Assembly: GCA_963772365.1 (NCBI GenBank) | Contig: CAVYXA010000003.1 | Coordinates: 576,001 to 640,000 of the forward strand | Length of the DNA: 64,000 nt | Reading direction: 5' to 3' | From: an uncultured Verrucomicrobiae bacterium | GTDB taxonomy: Bacteria; Verrucomicrobiota; Verrucomicrobiia; Chthoniobacterales; UBA10450 | Shown here: positions 11,336 through 20,753 of the stretch, piece by piece | How positions within the stretch are numbered: the stretch's first letter is position 1 | Layout of the letters: each line of letters starts with the position of its first letter | The notes under the pieces: generated by a model | What the model was told of the DNA's origin: nothing | Databases searched by the model: none | Seen by the model: only the letters and a program-made list of their open reading frames with translations | Program-made: the position numbers and the translations under genes

Positions 11336-14300
11336 ATGGAGAAACTAATGACCAAACATGTACTAAAAACGGTGGGATTCGTACGAGCCGCTCTAGTAGC
11401 TGCCGCAGGAATTCCTTTACTCATCGCAATGAGCGCTTCGGCGCAGGCACCGGCGCCCGGTCCGGGTGCAGCGGGCACCGAGGCAGGAGCCCAAGGAGCT
11501 TCAGCCGAGGTCGAGCGCGTCATCGTAACCGGTTCGAATATTCCGACAGCGGAAGAAGTCGGACCGAATCCGGTGTTCAGCCTGAACCGCGATTTGATCA
11601 ACAAGTCGGGTGAGCGCAACACCGAATCACTCCTAAAAGACCAGCCAGTGGCTAATGGCAGCAGCGTGCCTGTGCAAAACAACGGCACCAGCCAGGGCGG
11701 ACCAGCAGGAACAGCGTCAGTTTCTCTGCGCGGTTTTGATAACAGCGCCACACTAGTTCTAATCAATGGACGCCGGGTGGCTGCTTATCCTGGTTCGGGT
11801 TTCATTGATTTGAACACGATTCCGCTTGCCGCCGTTGAGAGCATCGAAGTTCTCAAAGATGGCGCTTCGGCTACTTACGGCGCGGATGCAGTGGCGGGCG
11901 TTGTCAACATCAAGCTCTGGAAAGATTTCCGCGGGGCCCAGCTGAGGTTACAGTACGGCAACACGCTAGATAAAGACGCGGGTCTTTATAGCGGCGACAT
12001 TCTCTTCGGTACGGGTGACGACAAGATGAGCATCACGGGTGATATCTTTTACTATCACCACAACTCTACGTTCAACATCGACCGGGGCAACTCGCTCAAA
12101 CCACCGTTCTTGAGCTCGAACACTGTCCCATGGAATTTTAATTTGAACTATGATGTGTTGGTCGCGTCCGGAGTTAGCCCCGCGGTTCTCCCGGACCCAG
12201 CGACTCTGCCAGATAGCCACAATTTGTACGGCACGCCGCCCAACGGCAGTAATGGAACAACCCCGTCCAATAACTGGATTTACTCCAGAGGGCGTCCTCG
12301 TGGTGCGTTCAGCCTTTTGCCCGGATTCAACTTCAATGCTTTGTCGAGTTCATGGCCAGACCAGGAGCGTTGGGGCGGGTACGCGTCCTTTAACGACAAG
12401 ATTTGTGACGATCAATTTCAAATCTATGGCGATTTCTATTACGCCGATGTGAAGACGCACGACGAACTCGCGCCCGGCGCAACAAACAATTTTGAAACCA
12501 AAGGTCAGGGCACGATTTACGTCCCACCGGGCACAGACTTGAACGGGGTCGCTCCTCCCAACACTCCAACATTTTCTGAGGTTGGTTTGGTTGACCCGCA
12601 TGCTTTTAACCCATTCAATCCATTCAATCAGATCATATCGGGAGGGACGCGGGCGCGGTTGTACGATTTCGGCAATCGTCTCTTTGATAATGAAAACTTT
12701 GCCTGGTTGAGCACCGTGGGCGCCCACGGCGATAAGCTCTTTGATGGCAGTTGGGGCTACGACAGTGCATTTCGATACAGTCAGATCGAGAATGTTTCTC
12801 GGACCAAAGACACGAACGTCCTTCGCTTTAATCAGGTGATGAATGGGAACGACCCGATCTTTGATCCGAATTCAGCTGTTTATATTGGAACGACGGTTCC
12901 GTACAATCCGTTCGGCGATGCTCGTTCGGGTGTAATCGCGAGCAACATTCCGACCTTGGATTATGCAACTCTATACAGACACGATCTTGCCACATCCAAG
13001 ATCGCGCAGTTGGATTCGAGTATCTACACTACCAGTTTATTTGACCTGCCCGGTGGTTCCGTGGGCCTCGCGTTCGGCGGTGGCTGGAGCCGGGAAGCCC
13101 TCTCGATTTTCCCGGACGATCAGGGCCGATTGAAAGAAGAGGCTGGTGTAGGCCAATCGCGCCGTTCTCAATCTGGACGTAAGAAATGGAACCTCTACAG
13201 TGAAGTCCTGGTTCCAATCATCAGCCCGGAGATGGGAATACCGCTCTTCCACACGTTGGAACTTACCGGAGCAGATCGACTCGATGTCTTCGAGAACAAT
13301 GACACCAATGCGATCGTGCCGAAGGTTGGTGTTCGCTGGCAGCCATTTGATGAACAATTGACCATTCGCAGCACGTGGGGTGAAGGGTTCCTCGAGCCAT
13401 CATTGTTCCAACTGTACTACGGCGCGGCGTTTACTCTAGCCTCGACGGCCCTGCCCGGAGGCCAGCCGCAACCGGAAACGACAGAAGAAGTCGATTCCAA
13501 TCCGAACCTGCAACCGGAAGATTCCCGCACATGGAGCGCTGGCATTGTTTATACGCCTTCATGGGTCCAGAACTTCATTCCAAACGCCAACTTGACCGTC
13601 TCGATCGACCTATGGGACATCGAGCGTAATGGCGTTATCGTCGTGCCGGGTGCACAAGAAGTTGTTCAGCGTTTCCTAAGCGGCACGCTTCTGCCCGGGG
13701 AAGAAGTGATCGTTGATACGTCATCAGATACCGTGACGTTCCTTAAAACCACCTACGCGAACGCCGGACGGGAAAACGCCCGTGGAGTTGACCTTGGGTT
13801 GCTGTTCCAAATCCAAACCGGGTTCGGGACATTTAGCTCAACTACTCAAGCAAGCTATCTTGACTCGTTTATCTTCCAGCCTACGGCTCAGTCCAGAGCG
13901 CGTGAGGTGAGTGGACGCACTAACAGCGATCCGTTTGAAGGCTCGTTCTTCGGTCAGACCACGGGTGGAGATGGCTGGGTCAAATGGAAAGGGATTTCGC
14001 GTCTGGATTGGGCGTGGAACAATTGGGACTTGAACTGGACCGTCCATTATTGGAGTGGATTCCACGAGAAACTCGAGCCTCAGCTGTTTGTCGATCTATT
14101 CGGCACATTCCAGGAACACTGGGTGCACGGTATTTGGATGCATGATGCTCAGCTCTCTTATGACCTGATCTTCACGCCTCCAGTAGAACAGCAGCCAGTG
14201 GCGGGCTACTCAAAGGGTGGCAAGGAAGTGGTGCAGAGCAAAGAGGGTAAGGCAGTTGAATCTGCGGCGGCCTACTCAATGCCTTGCTGGCAGACCATTC

Positions 14301-14458
14301 TCAACAACAGCAAATTCACCCTCGGTGTGAGCAACATCTTTGGCCAGGATCCGCCCAGCCAGCACGGGTTCCAGAACGGAAACTCGACCGGATATCCAGG
14401 TTTCTATTTCGACAATCTGGGACGGTTCGTCTACGCCGAGCTGACCAAGAAGTTCTAA
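11336..14458 (+). CDS. TonB-dependent outer membrane receptor
   Basis: Signal peptide, TonB-box-like ERVIVTGSNIP, plug motifs SLRG..TLVLINGRR and IEVLKDGASATYGADAVAGVVNI, C-terminal GRFVYAELTKKF. Confidence 0.95.
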   Translation: MEKLMTKHVLKTVGFVRAALVAAAGIPLLIAMSASAQAPAPGPGAAGTEAGAQGASAEVERVIVTGSNIPTAEEVGPNPVFSLNRDLINKSGERNTESLLKDQPVANGSSVPVQNNGTSQGGPAGTASVSLRGFDNSATLVLINGRRVAAYPGSGFIDLNTIPLAAVESIEVLKDGASATYGADAVAGVVNIKLWKDFRGAQLRLQYGNTLDKDAGLYSGDILFGTGDDKMSITGDIFYYHHNSTFNIDRGNSLKPPFLSSNTVPWNFNLNYDVLVASGVSPAVLPDPATLPDSHNLYGTPPNGSNGTTPSNNWIYSRGRPRGAFSLLPGFNFNALSSSWPDQERWGGYASFNDKICDDQFQIYGDFYYADVKTHDELAPGATNNFETKGQGTIYVPPGTDLNGVAPPNTPTFSEVGLVDPHAFNPFNPFNQIISGGTRARLYDFGNRLFDNENFAWLSTVGAHGDKLFDGSWGYDSAFRYSQIENVSRTKDTNVLRFNQVMNGNDPIFDPNSAVYIGTTVPYNPFGDARSGVIASNIPTLDYATLYRHDLATSKIAQLDSSIYTTSLFDLPGGSVGLAFGGGWSREALSIFPDDQGRLKEEAGVGQSRRSQSGRKKWNLYSEVLVPIISPEMGIPLFHTLELTGADRLDVFENNDTNAIVPKVGVRWQPFDEQLTIRSTWGEGFLEPSLFQLYYGAAFTLASTALPGGQPQPETTEEVDSNPNLQPEDSRTWSAGIVYTPSWVQNFIPNANLTVSIDLWDIERNGVIVVPGAQEVVQRFLSGTLLPGEEVIVDTSSDTVTFLKTTYANAGRENARGVDLGLLFQIQTGFGTFSSTTQASYLDSFIFQPTAQSRAREVSGRTNSDPFEGSFFGQTTGGDGWVKWKGISRLDWAWNNWDLNWTVHYWSGFHEKLEPQLFVDLFGTFQEHWVHGIWMHDAQLSYDLIFTPPVEQQPVAGYSKGGKEVVQSKEGKAVESAAAYSMPCWQTILNNSKFTLGVSNIFGQDPPSQHGFQNGNSTGYPGFYFDNLGRFVYAELTKKF

Positions 14459-14482
14459 GTCGAGCGCAAATTTTGATCATCG

Positions 14483-14513
14483 AGAGGCAGCCCGGAAATG
14501 GGCTGCCTCTTTG
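14483..14513 (+). terminator. Intrinsic terminator-like hairpin after the TonB-dependent receptor
   Basis: AGAGGCAGCCC-ggaaat-GGGCTGCCTCT perfect 11-bp stem followed by a short T run. Confidence 0.75.
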
Positions 14514-14620
14514 CTGTACATGAGTTGGAGGTTTGGCCGGCGATTGTTCGCCTTGCGCAACTTCTGCCTCGGCAAAGGGTTTAACCATTGACGCCAGTTT
14601 GGAAAGGAAGATGTTAAAGT

Positions 14621-14905
14621 ATGAAAACGTCAGGTTTGGCAAAGAGAGCAGTGGCACTGGTACTGATTTGGGCAGTGGCAGTAAGTGTCGGAGTCGCTTC
14701 GGCGAATGACCAGTCGACTGGGAAATGCCAGTACGTATTAGTGACAGGATCGAGAATACCTCAAAAGGTGAAGGTCAAGGCGATTGGCACAAAGACATCA
14801 TCGCCGGTGCGCATCTACAAACGCCGCGAAATCGATCAGACCGGCCGGTTCACGGTAAGAGATGTTCTTGCACAGGATCCGTCGCTACAGGTGACTGGGC
14901 ACTAA
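14621..14905 (+). CDS. Small secreted protein made of a TonB-box/plug N-terminal segment only
   Basis: Signal peptide, then YVLVTGSRIP...SSPVRIYKRREIDQTGRFTVRDVLAQDPS; aligns by eye with the start of the upstream receptor plug. Confidence 0.75.
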   Translation: MKTSGLAKRAVALVLIWAVAVSVGVASANDQSTGKCQYVLVTGSRIPQKVKVKAIGTKTSSPVRIYKRREIDQTGRFTVRDVLAQDPSLQVTGH

Positions 14906-15050
14906 CAAGCAAGATCACGCGCTCTATGAGCTCGTCCGATGTGTTCGGTGCGGAGAAGTAAAGCAGCAAGTCCCTCCGCTGCGGCAGCGCTGCAGTTATC
15001 ACTTTCGAGACGATGTGCGAACCTTGTTCCTGAAAGGCGTTCCGCAGGTT

Positions 15051-17012
15051 TTACTGCGAAGATACGCGATCCCTTTGATTCCGTTCCTCAGTAGCGATAG
15101 CGACGCGAAGATTCTCTGCGGCGGTTGTGTCATCTGGTCGAAGACGTAAGGCTTTCTTGAATTCGACAATTGCTTCTGACGTTTGCCCCAGTCGCATGCA
15201 AACTACCCCAAGGCTGTTATGGACCGGCGCTTTGGGATCCAGTCGGGCAGTCTCCAGGTAATGTGTTTTCGCTCCCTCCAAATGTCCCTTGAGAAAAAGA
15301 ACCCGACCCAGATGGTAGTGCGCCTCCGAATGATCCGGTTTGTATCTGAGTGCCGTTTGAAATTCAGTCGCCGCAGAATCGATCTTTCCGGCGTAGAACA
15401 AAAACATCGCATAATCGTAGTGTATTCGGGCCGACTGAGGCGATAAAGTTACGGCCTTTTCGAACTCAGTTGCAGCTTCCTCCCGTTCACCCAGGAGATC
15501 TAAAACATGACCTCGCTTGGAGTGTAATTCACCGTTGTTTGGCTGGCCATGTAGCGCGTTTTTTATATCCGTCAGCACCCACCGCAACTCTGTTTGGCCT
15601 TCATCGAACTTTGATTGAGCAACCAGAACCTCCGCGAGAGCGACGTGTAATTCTCTTTCCTTTGGATAGCTGCGCAGGGCCAGCCGATATTGTTGCGCTG
15701 CCAATTCCAATTGGTGTGCATCCTGCAAAGCAGTGCCGTACTTCCAATGGGCGCGGTTACTGTTGGGCAGGTCGGCGACAATCCAAGCGGCTCTATCGAG
15801 TTCCAAAGTCGTGCTCCGGGTCTGTCCAATCCACAGAGCCCCTAGTGGAATCACAAAAGCTACTCCCCATTTCAACCCGTGCCCGAGCCAGCTTGGTAAA
15901 AGCTTGGCCGCGGAAGTCGAACTAAGCCCGCCCGCTAATCCGAGCGACTCGCGTGTAGACCGTTCCCGTACCTTCCAAATGAAGCCGTCATAATAAAAGT
16001 GGAGAAGGCCCGACGCCGCCACAATCCCAGTTAACACGCGCTTAACCGTTTCGATTTCCAGATGCGAATTGATATAGCCAAGTGAACCGTAGGCGAATAC
16101 AAGCCCTATGTACAAACCGATCAAGGAACCACTTCGTCGAAACATAAACCGCATAAAGCCGGTGATTGATTTATCTTTATCTACGCGGTTACGATTGTAG
16201 ATCCACACGAGCGAAAGGTACTGCACATCGTGAAAAACCTCGAAGAGGGCAATTCCGGCAAGGATGTTTGTGACGCCGTTATTGCAATACCACCAAAAGC
16301 CAATGCTCGTAATCAATAACACGAGCTTGACCGGGTTGGGACGTCGGCCTTCGGCCCACATGCGAGAAAAGTTGAAAAGGAACAAGAGGGTCACGAGGAC
16401 CGCTGCGGTGGTGACGATGGTCTGTGCACCCCGCAGAAGCCATGGCGCAACAAATGGGCCTCCACATGCGTAGTACGTTTCGAGTGTGTCGGTCATGCGT
16501 TGAGGGGAAAGCAACACACCAGCCGCGAACCAAACTGCACACGCAGCGAAATCGAGCCGACGCGTAAGCGGCGCGAATGAACCCATTTTGGCGTCGTAGA
16601 TACGACAAAAACCATAGGTCTGCATCATTCCGTGCCAGACTCCCCAAACAAACACGACAAGGACGACTCCTTTAAGGTCCCATGACGAAAATGCTACGCA
16701 GACAGCTAGCAGAAAAATCGGGGCAATAATGAAGCGCCAGCGAAATCTTTCGAACAAAGCCCGATCGCCGTAAGCGCGAATCATGCCGGGCAGATGGTGG
16801 CCCATGGCGCCAAATGCTGCCACGAACAGGTAAATATCCTGCGCGCGCCAGCGTACCTGAGCCAAAGCAAAGATTGGCAGGAGCAATAGGGGCGTACCGA
16901 CGTACAAGATCAGGTCGCGCCAACTGTTCAAAATCCACAACGTCTTCTTTGGCGCTTCCGCCGGAACAGCTGGAACAGTCTGCGGGCGGGAAAAGGCGGT
17001 GACGTGCTGCAT
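15051..17012 (-). CDS. Polytopic membrane protein with His motifs and C-terminal TPR repeats
   Basis: About 9-10 TMs, then TPRs (e.g. AHYHLGRVL..GHLEGAKTHY, VHNSLGVV..GQTSEAIVEFKKALRLRPD). Confidence 0.8.
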   Translation of the reverse strand: MQHVTAFSRPQTVPAVPAEAPKKTLWILNSWRDLILYVGTPLLLLPIFALAQVRWRAQDIYLFVAAFGAMGHHLPGMIRAYGDRALFERFRWRFIIAPIFLLAVCVAFSSWDLKGVVLVVFVWGVWHGMMQTYGFCRIYDAKMGSFAPLTRRLDFAACAVWFAAGVLLSPQRMTDTLETYYACGGPFVAPWLLRGAQTIVTTAAVLVTLLFLFNFSRMWAEGRRPNPVKLVLLITSIGFWWYCNNGVTNILAGIALFEVFHDVQYLSLVWIYNRNRVDKDKSITGFMRFMFRRSGSLIGLYIGLVFAYGSLGYINSHLEIETVKRVLTGIVAASGLLHFYYDGFIWKVRERSTRESLGLAGGLSSTSAAKLLPSWLGHGLKWGVAFVIPLGALWIGQTRSTTLELDRAAWIVADLPNSNRAHWKYGTALQDAHQLELAAQQYRLALRSYPKERELHVALAEVLVAQSKFDEGQTELRWVLTDIKNALHGQPNNGELHSKRGHVLDLLGEREEAATEFEKAVTLSPQSARIHYDYAMFLFYAGKIDSAATEFQTALRYKPDHSEAHYHLGRVLFLKGHLEGAKTHYLETARLDPKAPVHNSLGVVCMRLGQTSEAIVEFKKALRLRPDDTTAAENLRVAIATEERNQRDRVSSQ

Positions 17013-17154
17013 AAGCTCGGCGGGCCAAGTATTCTTCAGTGTTCGCAGAAAATCAAGGCAGCAGGCCTATCGCTTCGAAAAATCGCGTGTTCGATGCGGG
17101 AGAAGCGGCGGAATTCGCATGGCACGGCTGTTGCTTTTGTAAATCATAGTAATT

Positions 17155-17733
17155 ATGATTTTAATAGGCATCCATCCCTATTCACGGAAAAAGCTTCTGG
17201 TAGTTGCTCTGGGTCTTCTTATTTGCCTCCGCTCGATCACCTGCTTCGGAGCACCGCTATATCTTGCCGTGAAGGCAACCCCGTACGATAAACAGATGAC
17301 CCGGATTCGTTCGGTTTTTTCCACGAAGGTGGCTACGAGCACGAACTTAACGCTCGCAATCGTAAACCGCTGGATTGAAGATCTTCGCGAAATTCCTTAC
17401 GGCTTTAGCCCAGAATGGAAGACTCCATCCGAAGTCGAATCGGGACCTGTAGCTGATTGCAAGGGCAAAGCAGTCGCGCTGTACGGGCGAATGCAAGCAC
17501 ATGGCGCAGACAATCTTCGATTGGTAATCGGCAAACGCACATCGATGAGCCGCCGGACCCACGCCTGGCTGGAATGGACTACGGACTCTGGAACCTACGT
17601 TCTCGATCCAACGATCAACTGGTCGGCTTGCCGGGCAGACGGGCTCGGCAGTCGAACGTACATTCCATTCTACGCCTACTCAGGCGATCGAAAATATCGC
17701 GCCGGCACCGCCGCGCTCTACGCAAAGAATTGA
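17155..17733 (+). CDS. Transglutaminase-like cysteine proteinase (BTLCP/C93-like), exported
   Basis: W-x-TP-x-E...ADCKGKA, THAWL and YVLD give a Cys-His-Asp triad; N-terminal hydrophobic segment. Confidence 0.75.
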   Translation: MILIGIHPYSRKKLLVVALGLLICLRSITCFGAPLYLAVKATPYDKQMTRIRSVFSTKVATSTNLTLAIVNRWIEDLREIPYGFSPEWKTPSEVESGPVADCKGKAVALYGRMQAHGADNLRLVIGKRTSMSRRTHAWLEWTTDSGTYVLDPTINWSACRADGLGSRTYIPFYAYSGDRKYRAGTAALYAKN

Positions 17734-17992
17734 CGGTTGCTCCCAGTAGTTATTTTAATTCGAAGAGACCGAGCCTCCACCTCACGTGACAAGGATGGGA
17801 AAGTTGCGTCGCAAGTGAGTTGCCAAAATTGGGGGCCTTCGCTTGGCCGAAGCGATTGACAGCTCGGTGCTGAAGGTGTTCCCTTGCATGCAGCGACAGT
17901 GGAATTGTAAACTGGTGTAAAATTTTTCCGGCGGGTGGAACATTTTTGTATTGCCAAACGCTGGCCGGAATCATATCATCTTTTTTGAAACT

Positions 17993-19333
17993 ATGGAAAT
18001 TATGAGACCGTCCTCGCTCCTCTTCGGCAAAGTTAGCTGCCTCTTTGGCTTCCTGTTCCTCGCCAGCATTACGGGTGGAATGGCAGCAGATTTGGTATTG
18101 CAAAAAGTGACGCCAGTTACGACCAAGCAAGCTGCTGTGTATCCGGAAAACGTGGCTCGCTATTATCTCGGTGCGCAACTTGAGGTCATGCCTCAGCGTA
18201 CTTCGATAGCTAGTCTGCAACTCAGCTCAAAATCGGAGGACACGAATACAGCGGAGGTCGCGCTTCTGTGTGACGATCCAACGGTTGGATATCCGTTATC
18301 GACCGGCACTACTACTTTGGTAGTGTCGTTGCCCGCAATCGAAAATATCGACACGATTTCATTAGTAAATCGCGGCACAAAAGGAACCCTGGACATCGCC
18401 GTTGCGAGTGCTGAGCTTTCCGCAGACAGCTCTCAATGGCATGACATTTCACAACAAGATGTGGATGGCGAAACGGTGAAAGCGAGAATTGGGCCAAGCG
18501 ATGCCAAGTATGTGCGGCTCACGTTTAAAGTAAAGAATGCCGGCCGGATTGCGGACCTCGGTATCTATTCCACGACCTCTGTGTCGGATTTCATGGCACC
18601 TCGGCTGCACAACGTAAATCTTCAAGAATCAAGCAGCCGCACGATCATAAACTATAACGTCACTAATCTGCATTCGACTTGCCGCGTGCTCTACGTCAGC
18701 TCAGGCGATGCTTTGAGCGAGGCAAATGAGATGATGGACGATCAGCCCACCACGGCATTTACATTTGCCAGCTCCGACAAATCGCCAACTGTTATTGTCG
18801 ATCTTGGAAAGGTTGTTCCTTTGCGCCGAATTTCTGCGCTCTATTCCCGCCGGCAAGGGAAGTTGGACGTGTACTTTTTGCCCTCTCTACCCGGTTCACA
18901 GATTGGTCAACAGAGTCTCAAACTAGATGCTAAGACTCTGACAGAGCTTCAACCAGTAGGCTCAGTGATGGACGAGGGCCGCGGCTACGCCTCCGTCGAT
19001 TTTCCGGCAACCGCGGGCCGTTACATGATGTTGAAATGGACGCCTGCGGGCCAGGGCGACCACGTGTTTTCCGTGGCGGAATTGGCAGCTTTTAGTGGCA
19101 GCGAACCGCCGAATTTGATTGCTGCAAATGTAAGTAGCACACGTCGCGAGGACATTTCCTCCAATGATTTTGACGGGAAGGATTTTGGCGACCCGAAGGA
19201 TTTCGCCGAGGGAAAGGACTTCAAAGAAGCCAAGGAAGCTCCTGCGGAAGCGCCTGCGGAAGGACCAGTCTCGCCGTTGCCGGCACCTCCTCCCTTTACT
19301 TTCATTCCAGTAGTGACTCCGGTTAGTCCTTGA
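17993..19333 (+). CDS. Secreted protein with two discoidin/galactose-binding-like domains and a charged, Pro-rich tail
   Basis: Signal peptide; DDPTVGY..AKYVRLTF and MDDQPTTAF..IVDLG..GRYMML..VAEL resemble F5/8-type folds; tail DGKDFGDPKDFAEGKDFKEAKEAPAEAPAEGP. Confidence 0.65.
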   Translation: MEIMRPSSLLFGKVSCLFGFLFLASITGGMAADLVLQKVTPVTTKQAAVYPENVARYYLGAQLEVMPQRTSIASLQLSSKSEDTNTAEVALLCDDPTVGYPLSTGTTTLVVSLPAIENIDTISLVNRGTKGTLDIAVASAELSADSSQWHDISQQDVDGETVKARIGPSDAKYVRLTFKVKNAGRIADLGIYSTTSVSDFMAPRLHNVNLQESSSRTIINYNVTNLHSTCRVLYVSSGDALSEANEMMDDQPTTAFTFASSDKSPTVIVDLGKVVPLRRISALYSRRQGKLDVYFLPSLPGSQIGQQSLKLDAKTLTELQPVGSVMDEGRGYASVDFPATAGRYMMLKWTPAGQGDHVFSVAELAAFSGSEPPNLIAANVSSTRREDISSNDFDGKDFGDPKDFAEGKDFKEAKEAPAEAPAEGPVSPLPAPPPFTFIPVVTPVSP

Positions 19334-19392
19334 TTGCCATATTCAGCGCTAATTCGCAGAGCACAACGCACAACCGCTACATCTCTGTAGGA

Positions 19393-20659
19393 TCAAAGTT
19401 GGTCAGCCAAGAGCTGGAAAATCATGGTGTTTTCGAGTGATCCTTGCAGTGCCTCGGTTCCGGGACCGCTGCCAAACGCTATCACATCATCGACTGTGGG
19501 TAATGCTGGGCTTGTGTGAAACGCGCTTGGCTCAAGCTGCTCCATTTTCGATTGCTCGACCGATGGCTCACTTGGAAGCTTTGCGGCACCATAGGAGAGT
19601 TCGCCATTCGGACCGGTTGCCCATGTAATCCATGGTTGTCCGGCGGAGTTGAGGCCGATTATGGCAATACCACTATCCCGGCGAAAAGGGAAGCCACTCA
19701 GATTCATGCCGCCGACGCCGGCATCCCCGCAGACCACAATCGTCGATCCTTTACCTGAATAATTTCTTGCTACCGCGACTGCCCGATCTAGTTCGGCGGT
19801 TTCAATGAGTGTCCGCTCGGCCTTATCATTCTGCGCCGCAGTTCGCATCAAAGCTCCGTCAACAATCAAGAGATATCCGTGGGCATTATATTGAAGGAGC
19901 TCTATGGCGCGACGTGCCATATCGGCAAGGCTCGGTTGTTCGTCGCGCTCCTGGATCTGGTTTGCAAAGGCCAGCTCTGCCTTGCTAAATGCTCCAAAGA
20001 GTTTTGGACGCCGCCATGCCGGGACCGCTTCCAGTTCAGCTCGTGTCCGGACGATATCGAAACCATGGGGACGTAATTCATCCAGCAGGTCTCGCCGATC
20101 CTGGCGTTGACCGCCCTTTGATTGGGGAAGGAAATGGTCCAAGCCGCCACCTAAGGCGACATCGATGAAATCGCTCTGAATCAAGTCCAGCGCTATTTTG
20201 TCAGCATCGGTGGGATCGGCGGCGTGTGTGTAAAAGGCAGCACACGTTGGATCGGTGAGGCTGCCGTCCGTGACAAGGCCAATGGCCCGTCCTTTTTCCG
20301 TCGCTAACTCCACAATGCTAGTGAGCTTTCTTCCGTCGCGGTCAACGGCCACCAAGCGATTGTTTACTTTCACACCTGTCGCTAGTGCAGTCGCCGCCGC
20401 AGCTTCGTCGGGAGTCGCAAAATCATTTGAATAGTTACGTAGCAAGGCGAGATGGCTCATTGAATCGAGGGAGAGACGGGCGTCCGCGCCGCCGACGTAA
20501 ATTCTGCGTGGCAGCGAGCCTCCCGGGAGTAAGGCCCTCTCCGATAAAAAGAATGATCCCAAAAGGTTTTTGGACGACCCAATGTTGAAAGTAAACAACC
20601 CCGATGCCGGCAAAGGCGAGAAGGCAAAGCAGGGCGAGCAATTGATTGCGCCACTTCAC
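19393..20659 (-). CDS. Membrane-anchored alkaline phosphatase homolog with degenerate active site; frameshift near 20505
   Basis: IILFIGEGL, TPDEAAAATALATGVKVNN, GLVTDG, DVALGGG, PSLADMARRAIELL, GYLLIVDG, DVIAFGSGPG: AP scaffold without canonical catalytic residues. Confidence 0.85.
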
Positions 20660-20753
20660 GAGGGCGATCTGAATGCGCTCTGCTCTGCTTGTCAATCCCG
20701 CACGTGGTAAACCGCTTGTCGATTGCTATTATTCGCCGCCAAACTGCGCGAGT

